Source: Botryllus schlosseri
Taxonomy: Eukaryota
Direction: 5' to 3'
Assembly (NCBI GenBank): GCA_051294905.1
Contig: CM119371.1
Location: 5,582,001 to 5,646,000 of the forward strand
DNA length: 64,000 bases
This document shows positions 52,312-64,000 of the stretch, piece after piece. Under the pieces are notes generated by a model that worked only from the letters and a program-made list of their open reading frames with translations, was not told the origin of the DNA and searched no databases. Numbering within the stretch: the stretch's first letter is position 1; each line of letters begins with the position of its first letter. Made by a program: the position numbers and the translations under genes.

Positions 52312-55083
52312 TGTAGCGTACCGCTCATTGATTACTCAATTGCCCCGATTGATCATTCTAATTACCCTCGCTCTATCACTGATTATGCCTCTATACTCGT
52401 TGCTGTTGCCAACCTATGTGGCAGTCGGCATTTAGTCACCGTCGGAGGTGCAGTCGGCTTTTAGTCACCGTCGGAGGTGCTGTCGCTTTTAGTAACCGTC
52501 CGAAGAACATCGCCGCCGTTGTTTCAAGTTGCTTTTAATAAAAGAGTTACGCTAACGTGTCAAAGTTATTTACACCGAGCCGCGGACCCAGAAGAACGCG
52601 CGCCCACGACAGAGCACGCTATATTTTGGTGACCCCGACGTGATTTCGCTTTTAAACGTGATAGCCGACGTGATCTTTTTGGAAATGCAACGCGGTAGAC
52701 GGGACAACTGTAATGCCGCAAGATAAAACAGGATCAACGATGGAAAGCGATGAACTCACGGAACGCATAAACGAGATTTGCCCTGGCTACATAGGAATCG
52801 TTAGTTTGTGTTCATTGATGCGGGATTTCAACGACATGGAATTCGGACCTTTCCACACGTAGGCCTACTTGCTTCGGTACGACGCTTCAACTCGGCGCCA
52901 CTCAACGCGAATTGAACTGCTGAGCGAGCGGGATTGCTTCGATTGCTTCAGTGTCGGTTAAATTTTGATTGGGTAGGCTACGCCATACCGCTGATAGAAG
53001 ACTCCAGAACAACTCCAATCTGCATGCAGAAGACTTCACCAAGTACAACTTCTTTCATCGATTGCAGACTTGCATGTTTGCAGCACGACGATGACATGAT
53101 CGAGCCTTAGCACAGCGACTACGTACACTGAATTCTCTTCGCAACTTCATATCCGCGATCGCCCGACACCGATATACTCGCTTTTCTACGTAGATATAGA
53201 AGCAGCTATGCTGTCTCACTACGCATTCCAACTGTAGAACGAAAGATGAGCCGAACGAAACTCTACACAACCGACGGAACCATTATTCATGATGGGACCA
53301 TGAACCGAATCGAATCACCTCGACATTGACAGAAACAGCGGAAATGCGCTCAAACGCAGATCCCCCCTTCATTCACTCTTGTCGAGCGACGACTTGCAAC
53401 TAACCTATCAACTTGATAGGTATATTCCGAATGAAAACGCTCTTCGTCTCAGTATTATGTGGCAGACGCTTCCGACTTTCTATTTTACATTACCCGCTCA
53501 CGCATCCGAGAATCTACTAGACTTCCCACGGACCTTAACGACACGACTTGCGAAATATGGAGCGCGACAGAGTTAATTCGTGCAACGTCAACGTGCTGGT
53601 CCAATAACGCTCGAAGTGCAATCGAAATGTAGGGATTCTCTTGATCCATTGCCAGTGTACTTGTCGAACAATTCCGCTCCGTGATGTTAATAGACGTTCC
53701 CCTAGCAATATCTGCATATTCATTCATTTGTTTAATGTGCGTATTGACCGTTTTTCAGTCGACTCTAATGAATTCTTATCGTTATTTTACGCCATCAGTC
53801 ACGACTAGACGTTACATATCCCGAAACTGTTGTAAGGTTGATCATCACGTGATATGATATTACTAACTTCGATTTATGTTAGCGAATTATGACGTCATCT
53901 CTTACGCCCAAAAGCTTTCGCAGCCCATACCTACTTGCGTACCATATAGGATTAGACAACGCTTGTAGTCACACAATTCTAAAGTATCTCACTCAACCGT
54001 TACTCGATCAACTATACTTTTTCGCCATCGAAGGTCTGTAATGTGCATGGCACTTGAATGTGTTTACTCTCCATTTAGTGAATACCTCTTCTAGTATTAT
54101 TCACTATTCACTCCGATGGTATCGGCTACGCTAGTAAATCCAAACGCTCTTTCTCTGGGTTGCGCAGATTCCAGATGACTTTAATTCGAATTCAAAATCA
54201 CACTTCGAATTCAAAATCCCACGTCCCAAACGATAATTACGCACGCACACGTGTTTTTGAAATGATAATCACACTGTACATCACTCGATCCAGTTTGTTC
54301 TGTCCACGTCAAGTTTTGATCCGCACTGAAATGTTTTTCACAATTCGAACGATTACCTGTCCGCATGACGTCTCAACCAATTGGCTTTGAATATGCCAGT
54401 GGCCGTATTATTCGTACCCCACGATTTTGTGTTGTCACCAGTATTTGAAATGTATATTTATTGTGATACTCGTTCACTTTTCCGTCATCACTTATATTAG
54501 TTTCGCCGCAAGCTTATTCACCTCTCTGTATGTCATATAAAGCGTGCCGCAATTGTAATGTCTATTTATCGCTTAACATTATTTTGTCGTTCATGTCTTT
54601 ACCACCGTACCCACCCCACTTTCGTTCGCCGTTGAACCATTAGAGTTGTACTAAGTATTCTATCTTAGTCTGTAATCCCTACCGTGTCATGCTGATTGAG
54701 TCCGTCACTTAGTAGTTAAATCGTTGTCTCTAGTTTCTATAATATCCTAAAGCTTTTACCAACCAGGGGGGCCCTTGTAGCGTACCGCTCATTGATTACT
54801 CAATTGCCCCGATTGATCATTCTAATTACCCTCGCTCTATCACTGATTATGCCTCTATACTCGTTGCTGTTGCCAACCTATGTGGCAGTCGGCATTTAGT
54901 CACCGTCGGAGGTGCAGTCGGCTTTTAGTCACCGTCGGAGGTGCTGTCGCTTTTAGTAACCGTCCGAAGAACATCGCCGTCGTGTTTTAGTTGTTTTAGT
55001 AAAAGAGTAATGCTGACGTGTTTACTATGTCTTACCGAGCCGCGGACCCAGAAGAACGCGCGCCCACGACAGAGCACGCTATA
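52312..55083 (+). mobile_element. Non-autonomous Gypsy-like LTR retroelement
   Basis: LTRs 52312-52623 and 54776-55083 (tgtagcgt...acgctata), 4-bp TSD attt, PBS after the 5' LTR, G-rich tract before the 3' LTR. The ~2.15-kb interior has no long ORF. Confidence 0.92.
52627..52644 (+). promoter_or_regulatory. Primer-binding site complementary to the tRNA-Trp 3' end
   Basis: tggtgaccccgacgtgat is the reverse complement of ATCACGTCGGGGTCACCA. Confidence 0.85.
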
Positions 55084-55689
55084 ATTTGATCAGTTTTGGA
55101 AATGCACTAAATTGTGTTGATTTACAGCAAATGGAGGGCGAAACCGGGCAACCTATATTGCATCTAAGTCTGTCCTAGGCAGTGCAGTTCGCCAGCTATC
55201 AACAACAGCTACCTAGCGCACAGAGATTTAGGCTACGGCCAAAGCTATAAAGTAATGGATGACTTGCACGTAGGATTTCTCTAAATCTTCAAAGAATATC
55301 AAAAATTTGCTCAAATAAAATTGAAGTCAGCCTATACTCCGTTGAGCGCGACTGCTGGAGTTTGAGTTTGGCAAGCTTTCTAGAATACGAATTAAGTATA
55401 ATCTTCAATAATCGTCTCTTCAGAATGGTTGTGAAACACATGTTTAGTCACAATTTATACAGACATTGACAAAATTGACAAAAATTTCTCGCGCCCCCCC
55501 CTGAGAGCCTCCAGCGCCCCCAGGTTGAGAACCCCTGTTTTACAGGAATCAGATTGGCTTTCCACGTCAACATCAGTACAAAATTACTGAGAATCAGTCA
55601 GACATGACTACCAGAATCCAGGATAAACTAAGCAATTAATAGCTAGCAATGTCTGCAAGATAATCACACAAAAGGACACATATCATAAC

Positions 55690-55932
55690 GACATTCAACA
55701 AATGCACAACGATAAGCAACAGATCTACAACAAGTCAACAATAATCAACAAATGTACAATGATATTCAACATATTTAAAAACATAGTCAAGAAATGTACA
55801 ACGGCTGTGAACAAATGTACAACGACCGTCAACAAATGTAAACGACTGTCAAGAAAAGTTCAACGATATTATAATAATGATCATCAATATTAAACATATG
55901 TACAACGATACTGAACAAATGTACAACGATAC
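55690..55932. repeat. Degenerate ~21-bp tandem repeat (aacaaatgtacaacga)
   Basis: About 10 imperfect copies. Confidence 0.75.
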
Positions 55933-56419
55933 TTCTCTCTTTCAGACTGGCTATAAGTTACTGCAATACGTTGCACGATTCTCATAAAATGTGCAGTGTA
56001 CACGGAAGATATCTAGGCTCATATAGTATGATGGCCAGAGAGATGCATTCACACTCTAGGACAATCACATGGCACAGTTGGCAGCGGCGCAATGCTACGG
56101 TAGCTACATCACGGATATATAGCGTTGTACCAATGACTTTAGAATCTAAAGTTTAGATGGAGAGTTGACCAGTGTTCGGTTTGATGATACCAATTATTTC
56201 AATTTTCATGACTTTAATCACGGCTGCATGCGCGTCCGGTATAATCTCATGTGAGGCGTGGGAAGCTCAAATATGTACCTTTTCTGTGACAAAGAATATA
56301 ATACCAGGTCCAGATCAAATTGGAGTAGGCTATATTTGTTTTTCTTATCATACCTATTTGATTGAGCACAGTGACAATGCTGTGGGTCGATCATGAGCCG
56401 ATATGAAGAGACATTTGTT

Positions 56420-56590
56420 CTTGTTTGATGCTGATGTGATCAGACTAGTTGACGTCATAAGTCGTACCTATTATTCCTATCCGATACCGAATACTAGGCA
56501 TGCGTATATATTCTGTATCATCATTGTTGTCGTGTCTTTGTTGTGTATTTCGGTTTGATGATAATAAAGGCTTTCTGTATCTATCTCTCT
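56420..56590 (+). mobile_element. Older diverged copy of the LINE 3' UTR
   Basis: tgtttgatgctgatgtgatcagactag...ataccgaatact...aataaag followed by a degenerate CT tail. Confidence 0.7.
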
Positions 56591-58101
56591 GTCCCTCTTC
56601 ACTAGCTGCCGAACCAAATAAACGACATAATGAGTAGTCTAACCCTTGTCAATGGGTGTCAGATGGTAGTTAGGTTAAAAGTAAGATCGAATTCTTGATT
56701 CAGCAGACCAACGATGTTGAATCAAAATTATTTACTGAAGTCGGAGCACATTAATGATTAATATTCTAGCATTGTAAATTTCTGATCACAATGGCAACAA
56801 GAAACCTTTAGATGACAACGGATAGACTGACTTGGGTGAATTTTAGGTAAAAAATCCGACTGTAGAGGAAGTTGGCTTAGTTTTAAATTCAACGACCGTG
56901 AAGGCTCTGCTTTAAGTCTCGGCAACAACAAATCGAGGGCATTTGCATACAAGGAAACCGAATTAAAAAGAGCAACGACACAGGTGAACAAATTGGTCGT
57001 TTAAGCATCCTCCTGTCGGTTCATTACATCGAGCAGTAGGCCGAGATGAACCTTAGATCAAGAGATGGTAATTGCTTGTTTCTTCCTTATCTGTTCATTA
57101 TGTCGCAATGTCCCGCTTGCATATCTAGATTGGTTAAAAATGATAAAACTTAGGTTGTACTAAAATTATATGTTAATTGCCACTAATAGTTGATTTATCA
57201 ACGGAAATCATCTTTAAATAGTATTTTTCGCCGTTAAACCTTGAAACATTGACTGATGGTATCACGTTAGTGAAAATGACACGTCGGTGAAGGCGTGATT
57301 AGCCCATATCCTCACAGCATTGTCACAACGACCAATCATGCGGGCATGCTCGTAAAAACACCAAATTATCTTTAATGTGGTGTATAGCTGGCAGTATACT
57401 CTTTGTGAACATATATAAGCTACGAATTTGAGCTCTATTCATCTTTTCTACTATTATGGCGGCATCATTATTGATTCTAGAATGTTCGACTTGCATCCCT
57501 CACGTAATTGAATTTGCCCAGACCCGGTTATCAACTTGGACTACATATAACTCGGCATCTCAACAAATGTACAACGAAGTTGCCTTTTTCAGACTGTTAA
57601 GTCACTAAGCATGCGTTGCCACATTATCACATCGGTGATTGATCATATTTACTTGTTTTGGTCAAAAGTGAGTCATGGAAAGACAACTCATGTCATTTCG
57701 AATTCTTCCACATTGATTGGAGTTAGGATATGAAGCTGAAGCTGAACATGAACATGTCAGTGGTATGACATTAGTGAAAGCTCTTCGGAGGAAATGCTTA
57801 ATCACAAATGTCGCATTCAGATGCACTCATATATCCATATGACACATGATTTTGCGGTTTCATGTAAATGTGTTGCACAAACACCGCATTTACAATCAAT
57901 GCTAGAATATATATCCAGATGACAGTTTACTGAACTCACAGGAACCTTTCTTTTCTGTAAACATCAGCATGTCAATTATTATAATATCTTAGGGTAGCTG
58001 TATCAGTATGTCTGATATTTATGATTTTTGACACGCTCATGCAGAACCATATGACGTGCAAAGGAAGCCTCCTGATTAAATGCTCTCCCACATGCATCAC
58101 A

Positions 58102-59478
58102 TTAATGATTTCTCGGACCAGCATGTATATCCATATGGAGCTTGAAGCTACCATTATGTGTAAATACTTTCCCACACACATCACACTCAAGCCTGATGCC
58201 AGCATGGATATCCATATGACTCTTAAGGTTACCCTTCTGGAAAAATGCTTTCCCACATACATCACACTTGTGATTTTTGATACCAGCATGTCTATTATAA
58301 TGAAGCCTTAGAGAACTCCTCTCTGTAAATGATTTCCCGCATACATCACATTTATGATTTTTTAATCCAACATGCATATCCATATGAGAATTAAGGTGAC
58401 TCTTCTTGGTAAATGCTCTTCCACATATATCACAAATATGATTTTTGATGGCAGCATGTATATCCATATGACTCTTGACGCTACCTTTCTGGGAAAATGC
58501 ATTCCCACATACATCACATTTATGATTAAAACAAGCATGTTCAATAGAATGAGCCTTGAGAGAGCTCTTCTGTGTATATGCTTTCCCACATATATCACAT
58601 GTATGATTTTTGATATCAGCATGTATATCAGAATGAACGTTAAGAGAACTCTTCTGTGTAAATGCTTTTCCACATATATCACATGCATAATTTTTGAGAT
58701 CAGCATGTATATAAGAATGAAACCTGAGATGACTCTTTTGTGTAAATGATTTCCCACATACCTCACATTTATGATTTTTAATTCCGCCATGCATATCAAC
58801 ATGGCACTTGAGGTCACTCTTCTTGGTAAATGCCTTTCCGCATATATCACAAACATGTTTTTTGATACCAACATGTACATCCATATGATCCTTGAGGTTA
58901 CCTTTCCGGGAAAATGCTTTCCCACATACATAACATTTATGATTTTTGAATCCAACATGCATATCCATATGAGAATTAAGGTCAGTCTTCTTAGTAAATG
59001 CTTTTCCACATATATCACAAACATGATTTTTGATACCAACATGTACATCCATATGACTCTTGAGGCTAACTTTCCGGAAAAATGCTTTCCCACATACATC
59101 ACATATAAATTTTTTGACGCCAATGTGTGTATTTGTATGGATCTGGAGGTTACACTTCCGAGCAAAGGCTTTTCCGCATATATCACATTCATGCTTTTTG
59201 ACGCCAGCATGCTTATCAGCATGACATTTGAGCTTCTTCATAAGGGTAAATGTCTTTCCACATATATCACATTCATTATTTTCGATTCCAGTATGCACAT
59301 GTGTATGAATGTTGACGTTGTTGTTGCGAGAAACCGTATTCTTGTAGATATCGGGTCGACCAGCTTTCGCTTTGTAGTCAATACCTATTTTATTTGACTC
59401 CATTTTCTCCTTTTTGAGAGAATGCTCTTCACACTTCCACAGAACGCTTTGCTTTATGACAGTGGAAAAAACATTCAA
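58102..59478 (-). CDS. Tandem C2H2 zinc-finger protein (14 fingers; a 15th lies beyond the stop); true start uncertain
   Basis: 458-aa ORF of CD(I/V)CGKAF...H...H repeats with (V/A)G(I/L)KNH linkers. The listed start is a TTG, and a probable splice acceptor lies near 59527. Confidence 0.85.
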   Translation of the reverse strand: MNVFSTVIKQSVLWKCEEHSLKKEKMESNKIGIDYKAKAGRPDIYKNTVSRNNNVNIHTHVHTGIENNECDICGKTFTLMKKLKCHADKHAGVKKHECDICGKAFARKCNLQIHTNTHIGVKKFICDVCGKAFFRKVSLKSHMDVHVGIKNHVCDICGKAFTKKTDLNSHMDMHVGFKNHKCYVCGKAFSRKGNLKDHMDVHVGIKKHVCDICGKAFTKKSDLKCHVDMHGGIKNHKCEVCGKSFTQKSHLRFHSYIHADLKNYACDICGKAFTQKSSLNVHSDIHADIKNHTCDICGKAYTQKSSLKAHSIEHACFNHKCDVCGNAFSQKGSVKSHMDIHAAIKNHICDICGRAFTKKSHLNSHMDMHVGLKNHKCDVCGKSFTERSSLRLHYNRHAGIKNHKCDVCGKAFFQKGNLKSHMDIHAGIRLECDVCGKVFTHNGSFKLHMDIHAGPRNH

Positions 59479-60063
59479 GAAATGATCTTCAAGATCGAAC
59501 TGCCTGGGACTACTTTAAGCAGATTCTAAAAAAAATTTGCAAACTGCATTAAGGACATAAAGCTCAAAATGACAATATGACCACAGCGCACATCTGATAT
59601 GTATGAAATAGTGGAAGTAAACTATACTTGCGCATATGATAAGTGACCAGCGATGGTTATGCTTTACTCTTAGATGTCATTTTGTTTCTCGATGTCACTG
59701 TTGAACAACCATGACATAACGATCGCTAATAATTATACACCCAACGGCATTGTGTCTAATTGACTGTAGATAGATAGCAGACAAAGCTTGTGATGCCAGT
59801 GACGCGATAGTTCGGGCCGGCGAGGATGTCTTGCGCACGGGGCCCATTAAAAATGCGATTGCTGAGGCCAGCGATTATATCGTGCGCACCAGGCCAGCTG
59901 GAGAGGCGGCTGTAGTGTTTAGGCCAGCTTTTCTCAACCGCTGTGCCGCGGCACACTAGTGTGCCATTTATGTCTCGCAAGTGTGCCGCGAGCTATTTAA
60001 TCGGAATTTTGAAATTATTCGCAAGACAATTCTAATCTATAGAAAACTGTCAATAATCTAAAT

Positions 60064-61377
60064 CAGTGATTCTCAAAGTGGGCGCCAGCGCCCCCCTGGG
60101 GGCTTTGGCGAGCGTGGTGGTGGCGTTGGCTATGAAATGGGCGAGTGGGGGCCGCTGGTTACAAATTGAGCGGTAGGGGGCGCTGAGAGCAAATGGGGCC
60201 GGTAAGGGTTTGAAGGGCAACTGCAGCGTAGTGTTGAAACGATTGACGAATATACCAGCAAAATATACCGTAAAAACTGCTAAATTTGTCAAGTCTATTT
60301 ATATTTGATCCAGGCGTCTGTCTATTTGAGCGGCTGTACCGGAAAATTCCATTGTTATTTAATAATATCTATTCTAACCATTCATGGACTGATTCAGCAG
60401 TCGGCAGCAGAATCGTCAGAAAGCGTGGTATATTGCGTGGTGAGAACTACGATGTAATTGAAAACTTACACTGCTGCACAGTTAAGTGCGATGGCTTCAA
60501 GGAAAACTGCCTTCGGCGATTTTACTCTCTGTTTCAAACGGTCGTGTTATTCTCATACTGACGCCACCCTGTCCCCCAATGGTTCTGGTTGCGAGATAAG
60601 ATATCGCTTATAACTGACCGACACAGGCAAAGTTTTATCAGTCGAATTTTATTCATTTTTTGGTAATAATGAAATCTGATCAAGGTGAAAATGGCACTGT
60701 ATGAATTCAGTAATAACCCGTGATAGATCAGAGAGATTTACTAAGACGTGAACTTTTCAAATGCTCAACTATGCCTAGGCTTGATAACGCTCCTGCTCGC
60801 ATCGGTCTAATTTTGGCGTAGAAGTATACAGCAATCATCTCGAAAAAGGATATATTGTAATTTGATTTCAGGATATATTCCCATCAGAGGTTCGGTACTA
60901 GATAATCAGTCCATTCCATGAAATTTCCGAGCATGAAATAAATAAAAAGCCGTCTACATTGCGGAACAGTTTTGTGCTCACATCACCAACGTTCAATATC
61001 TCTTACTATCAATCGTTCCGGATACACAATTGAGTCATATAGAAATACTCTTCCGGGAAAAGGTTTAAATATGTCCTCAATGCCTATCATGGCTTATATT
61101 TATTAGAACGTGCTTCCAGTGCCGTGACAAATCTTCTGACTCACAGCAGAAACCTAGCCGGATGAGGAGATTTCACATTGCTCCTATAAAATATCTAACC
61201 CAATATAAGGACGAGGATGATGACATATACAGCAGCTTCATATATCTTAATTTTAATTGTAATATATGCAAGACAACTTTCGCTTTGACATTAGCTGTGA
61301 TGGGAGGGGGTCAGGGGGCGCTGGTACTTTATTCGTTGTCCAGGGGGCGCTAGCTCAAAAAAGTTTGGGAAACACTG
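60064..61377. mobile_element. hAT-type MITE
   Basis: cagtgattctcaaagt / agtttgggaaacactg; perfect TSD atctaaat; gggggcg subterminal motifs. Confidence 0.92.
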
Positions 61378-61450
61378 ATCTAAATCGAGCTTTATGTGAA
61401 GTTTGTACATTTGATAAATCAAAATTGATGTTATGCCCGCAATCAATAGC

Positions 61451-61969
61451 TAGGGCTGGGCAAAATCGAGTAGGCTACCTGAGAGATTCGATTCTATTCT
61501 GAATCACGGGTTACGAGTGAGTCGATTAATTATTCGAGTATCATCCATTATTACGTCACTGCAGAATGTACTATGTCAAAGTTCGAATATGTACCTTATA
61601 TGTCACCACAAAGAATACACTGGCTGCGTTATGCGTGAGATACTTTGGTGTTTTTTAGACCATACCGATTTCATATAACTTCTTGACAATGTTGTGGAAT
61701 GATCATGACTTCAGGAATGTGTTATTTTTAGTAACGTTGGTAGCTTTGTACTATGTCTCGTATGCTGCGACTCGCCCAATCATGGTTTCAAGGCTTCATT
61801 AGGGGAAAATAGTATCAAAACAATACTTCTCTATAGTAAATTACCTTTCAGATGCGAGGAGAGTGTAATTTCAGTACTCGAATAAATCGTCTTTTACTAC
61901 TCGACTTGGAATCATTGCAATTCATTCTCGATTAAGATTCGAGTACTCGCAACATTGTGCCCAGCCCTA
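61451..61969. mobile_element. MITE of the family split at 35574-42695
   Basis: TIRs tagggctgggca / tgcccagcccta; no clear TSD. Older relatives lie at ~31708, 33050, 34530, 42782, 56200 and 57300. Confidence 0.8.
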
Positions 61970-62344
61970 AGAAAAACCTCTAATTCACTCTACCGGTAGT
62001 ATCGCGTGCCTAGAAAGCCGAATTCAGCTTTGCACAATACGTTGATTGATCGCAGTGAAGAGTGTTGTAATGTTATTTCCGTTTATATTTTCTAAGGCTT
62101 GAGCCTGCATCCTTGTTTCATCAATCAGTGTGTTGTATACCGGCGAGTAATAGACACGTACTCTGCAGTATGTCCGCCGTATACCATAAAACGTCAGAAC
62201 AATGTGATAGTGTGATCGTGTGATAGTGTGCCGCGAACTATTTTTCATAAGGGTCAAGTTCAAATCAAAGTTCATGCCCATAAGCATGATTATGGCAAAT
62301 GTCTGAAGGCCTGCACCGAACTTGGCTCATTTCTCACTCTACGG

Positions 62345-63228
62345 CAGTGGTTATCAAACTGGAGACATGCCCCTCTTGGGGAGGGTGAGAGCATCTGAAG
62401 GGGGCGCGAAGATGCGGTCAACTAAACATATTTTTCGCGGTCGGTGCGATTTACTTCCAACGCAGAGTTATTACTCTGTGTATAGTCCTAATTTCATTTT
62501 TAATTCTCTCATCAACAGTCATAAATAATTTTCCTTGCAGTCAAATCCTTGTAAAGTTGCATTCATTTTTCGTAAAATTTGCTGTAAATACTTGCATTTA
62601 TTTTCCACAAAAGTTGCACCAAAAAGTTACATTTATGGACAAGTTCCTTGAAATTATTGGAGCATGAGATATGAGATACGCTAATCGATAAGTATGCATG
62701 ACGTTGTAGTAAAACTCAGTGTTGGCGACTTCTCAAAATCAATAGCCTGAAATAATTGACCCAGGGAAAATATAAATTTCGGCGGTCTAGCCTGAATGTA
62801 CGTCAAATCAGAAAGGACCTCAAATTTAAACGAGAGTGAAATAAATCAAGCAATCTATATGTATATAGTGCCAAATATTTTCAGTAAAAAGTTAGTTTCA
62901 TGAAAAAGCGAAAAAAGTTGCATGAAAAATCGAAAGAGTTCCAAAAAAGCTGCGTGAAAAAAATGGAGAAAAGTTGCAAAGAGTGGCAATATTAGAGTCC
63001 CCAAACAGCCTAAAACACCATACTACATAACTTATAAGTATTTAGGAAGCTGCCGGAAGCTGTAAAAAGAGTTGCGAAAACTTGCCCTAGTCATAACTTT
63101 CCACCGCATCAAACTACCAGTTGAGATTGCTAGCATTCTGGTTGCATTTTGTGATATGACGGTAAGAGGGCGCAATATTTTTCACTATCATAAAGGGAAG
63201 GGTGTCTAAAAAAGTTTGAGAACCACTG
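62345..63228. mobile_element. hAT-type MITE
   Basis: cagtggttatcaaact / agtttgagaaccactg; TSD ctctacgg/ctctatgg. Confidence 0.88.
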
Positions 63229-63350
63229 CTCTATGGGTTCTCCTGTAGCATTTTCAGAAGAGAAGAAGTTAGATTAGCATCAAAATGAGAGAATCGAAAC
63301 ATTACACAAATTAGACTAAAGTTCTATTGATGGCATTACCGTCTAATTAG

Positions 63351-63925
63351 CAGAGTTGTAACCAAGTCAAAAGGCTCCAAGTCACAAGTCAATCTCACTT
63401 TTATTGTTTTAACTCGAGTCAAGTCGAATCATTTTCAATTCAACAACGGAGTCAAGTTCGAGTCCAAGTCAGTGAGCAGAGGGTCGAGTCCGAGTCATAT
63501 TATTATGACTCGAGTCCTAGTCCAAGTAATTGTGTTAACTGCCCAGTTTCCAGTTAAAGTCTTGTTAACCCCACGTTTTATAACTTTTTTTCATGATAAC
63601 GAATGGTTCCCATTTACAATATATTAATTTTCCTCACTTTTAGCAGTTTCTGGTCGCGTTTTAAAGTAACAGTACCAATAGACGAAGTCCAAATAATGTG
63701 GTTACTTCAGTATTCGTCGAAATTATAATGAAATGTCGGTCTTGGCCGTCTTAATCTCGAGTCATATGACTTGGTTCGAGTCATGCGCAATGACTCGAGT
63801 CCAAGTCGATTCAATACACGGATTTAGTCGAGTCGAGTCGAGTCGAGTCCTTTCCGTACTCTCAGAAAATGACTCGAGTCTAATCGAGTCATCAGAAAAT
63901 CGTGACTCGAGTCATTACAACCCTG
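63351..63925. mobile_element. hAT-type MITE (GACTCGAGTC-rich family) nested in an AATTAG-family fragment
   Basis: cagagttgtaa / ttacaaccctg; TSD ctaattag/ctaattaa. Confidence 0.9.
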
Positions 63926-64000
63926 CTAATTAATCTACTCAGACAACTAGAATGATCTAGTTGCCCAACTCTGTTGTAGCGCTAGTAATCAAGCAGTCGC

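Larger units (their letters stand above)
51445..55537. mobile_element. hAT-type MITE hosting a second MITE and an LTR element
   Basis: cagcggttctcaacct / aggttgagaacccctg; perfect TSD ttttacag. Confidence 0.9.

Noticed and set aside
57972..59397. Alternative-frame and antisense ORFs of 96-286 aa
   Set aside because: They are shadows of the second zinc-finger array, with no independent protein features.

Overview
This is AT-rich, repeat-dense eukaryotic (animal) genomic DNA; a marine invertebrate such as a tunicate is a guess, and the taxon cannot be established from the sequence. Two long C2H2 zinc-finger ORFs converge: 26620-28059 (+) and 58102-59478 (-). The first contains a homogenised 84-bp array whose amino-acid variation concentrates in the DNA-recognition helix, a PRDM9-like signature. 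Between the two genes lies a tandemly part-duplicated, intron-containing Polo-like kinase (PLK1-type) pseudogene, interrupted by a MITE that itself hosts a 6.6-kb CACTA/EnSpm-type element. The rest is largely nested transposable elements: many hAT-type MITEs with 8-bp TSDs; a CR1/L2-like LINE split by a foldback/MULE-like element, which in turn carries a decayed hAT element with an apparent internal inversion; a non-autonomous Gypsy-like LTR element; and Copia-like LTRs, one of which has captured the complete 39-nt 5' half of initiator tRNA-Met. A 7-kb region starting with AGTAGT and holding decayed paralogous ORFs may be a Polinton/Maverick-like relic. All calls come from reading the sequence by eye; no database searches were run.
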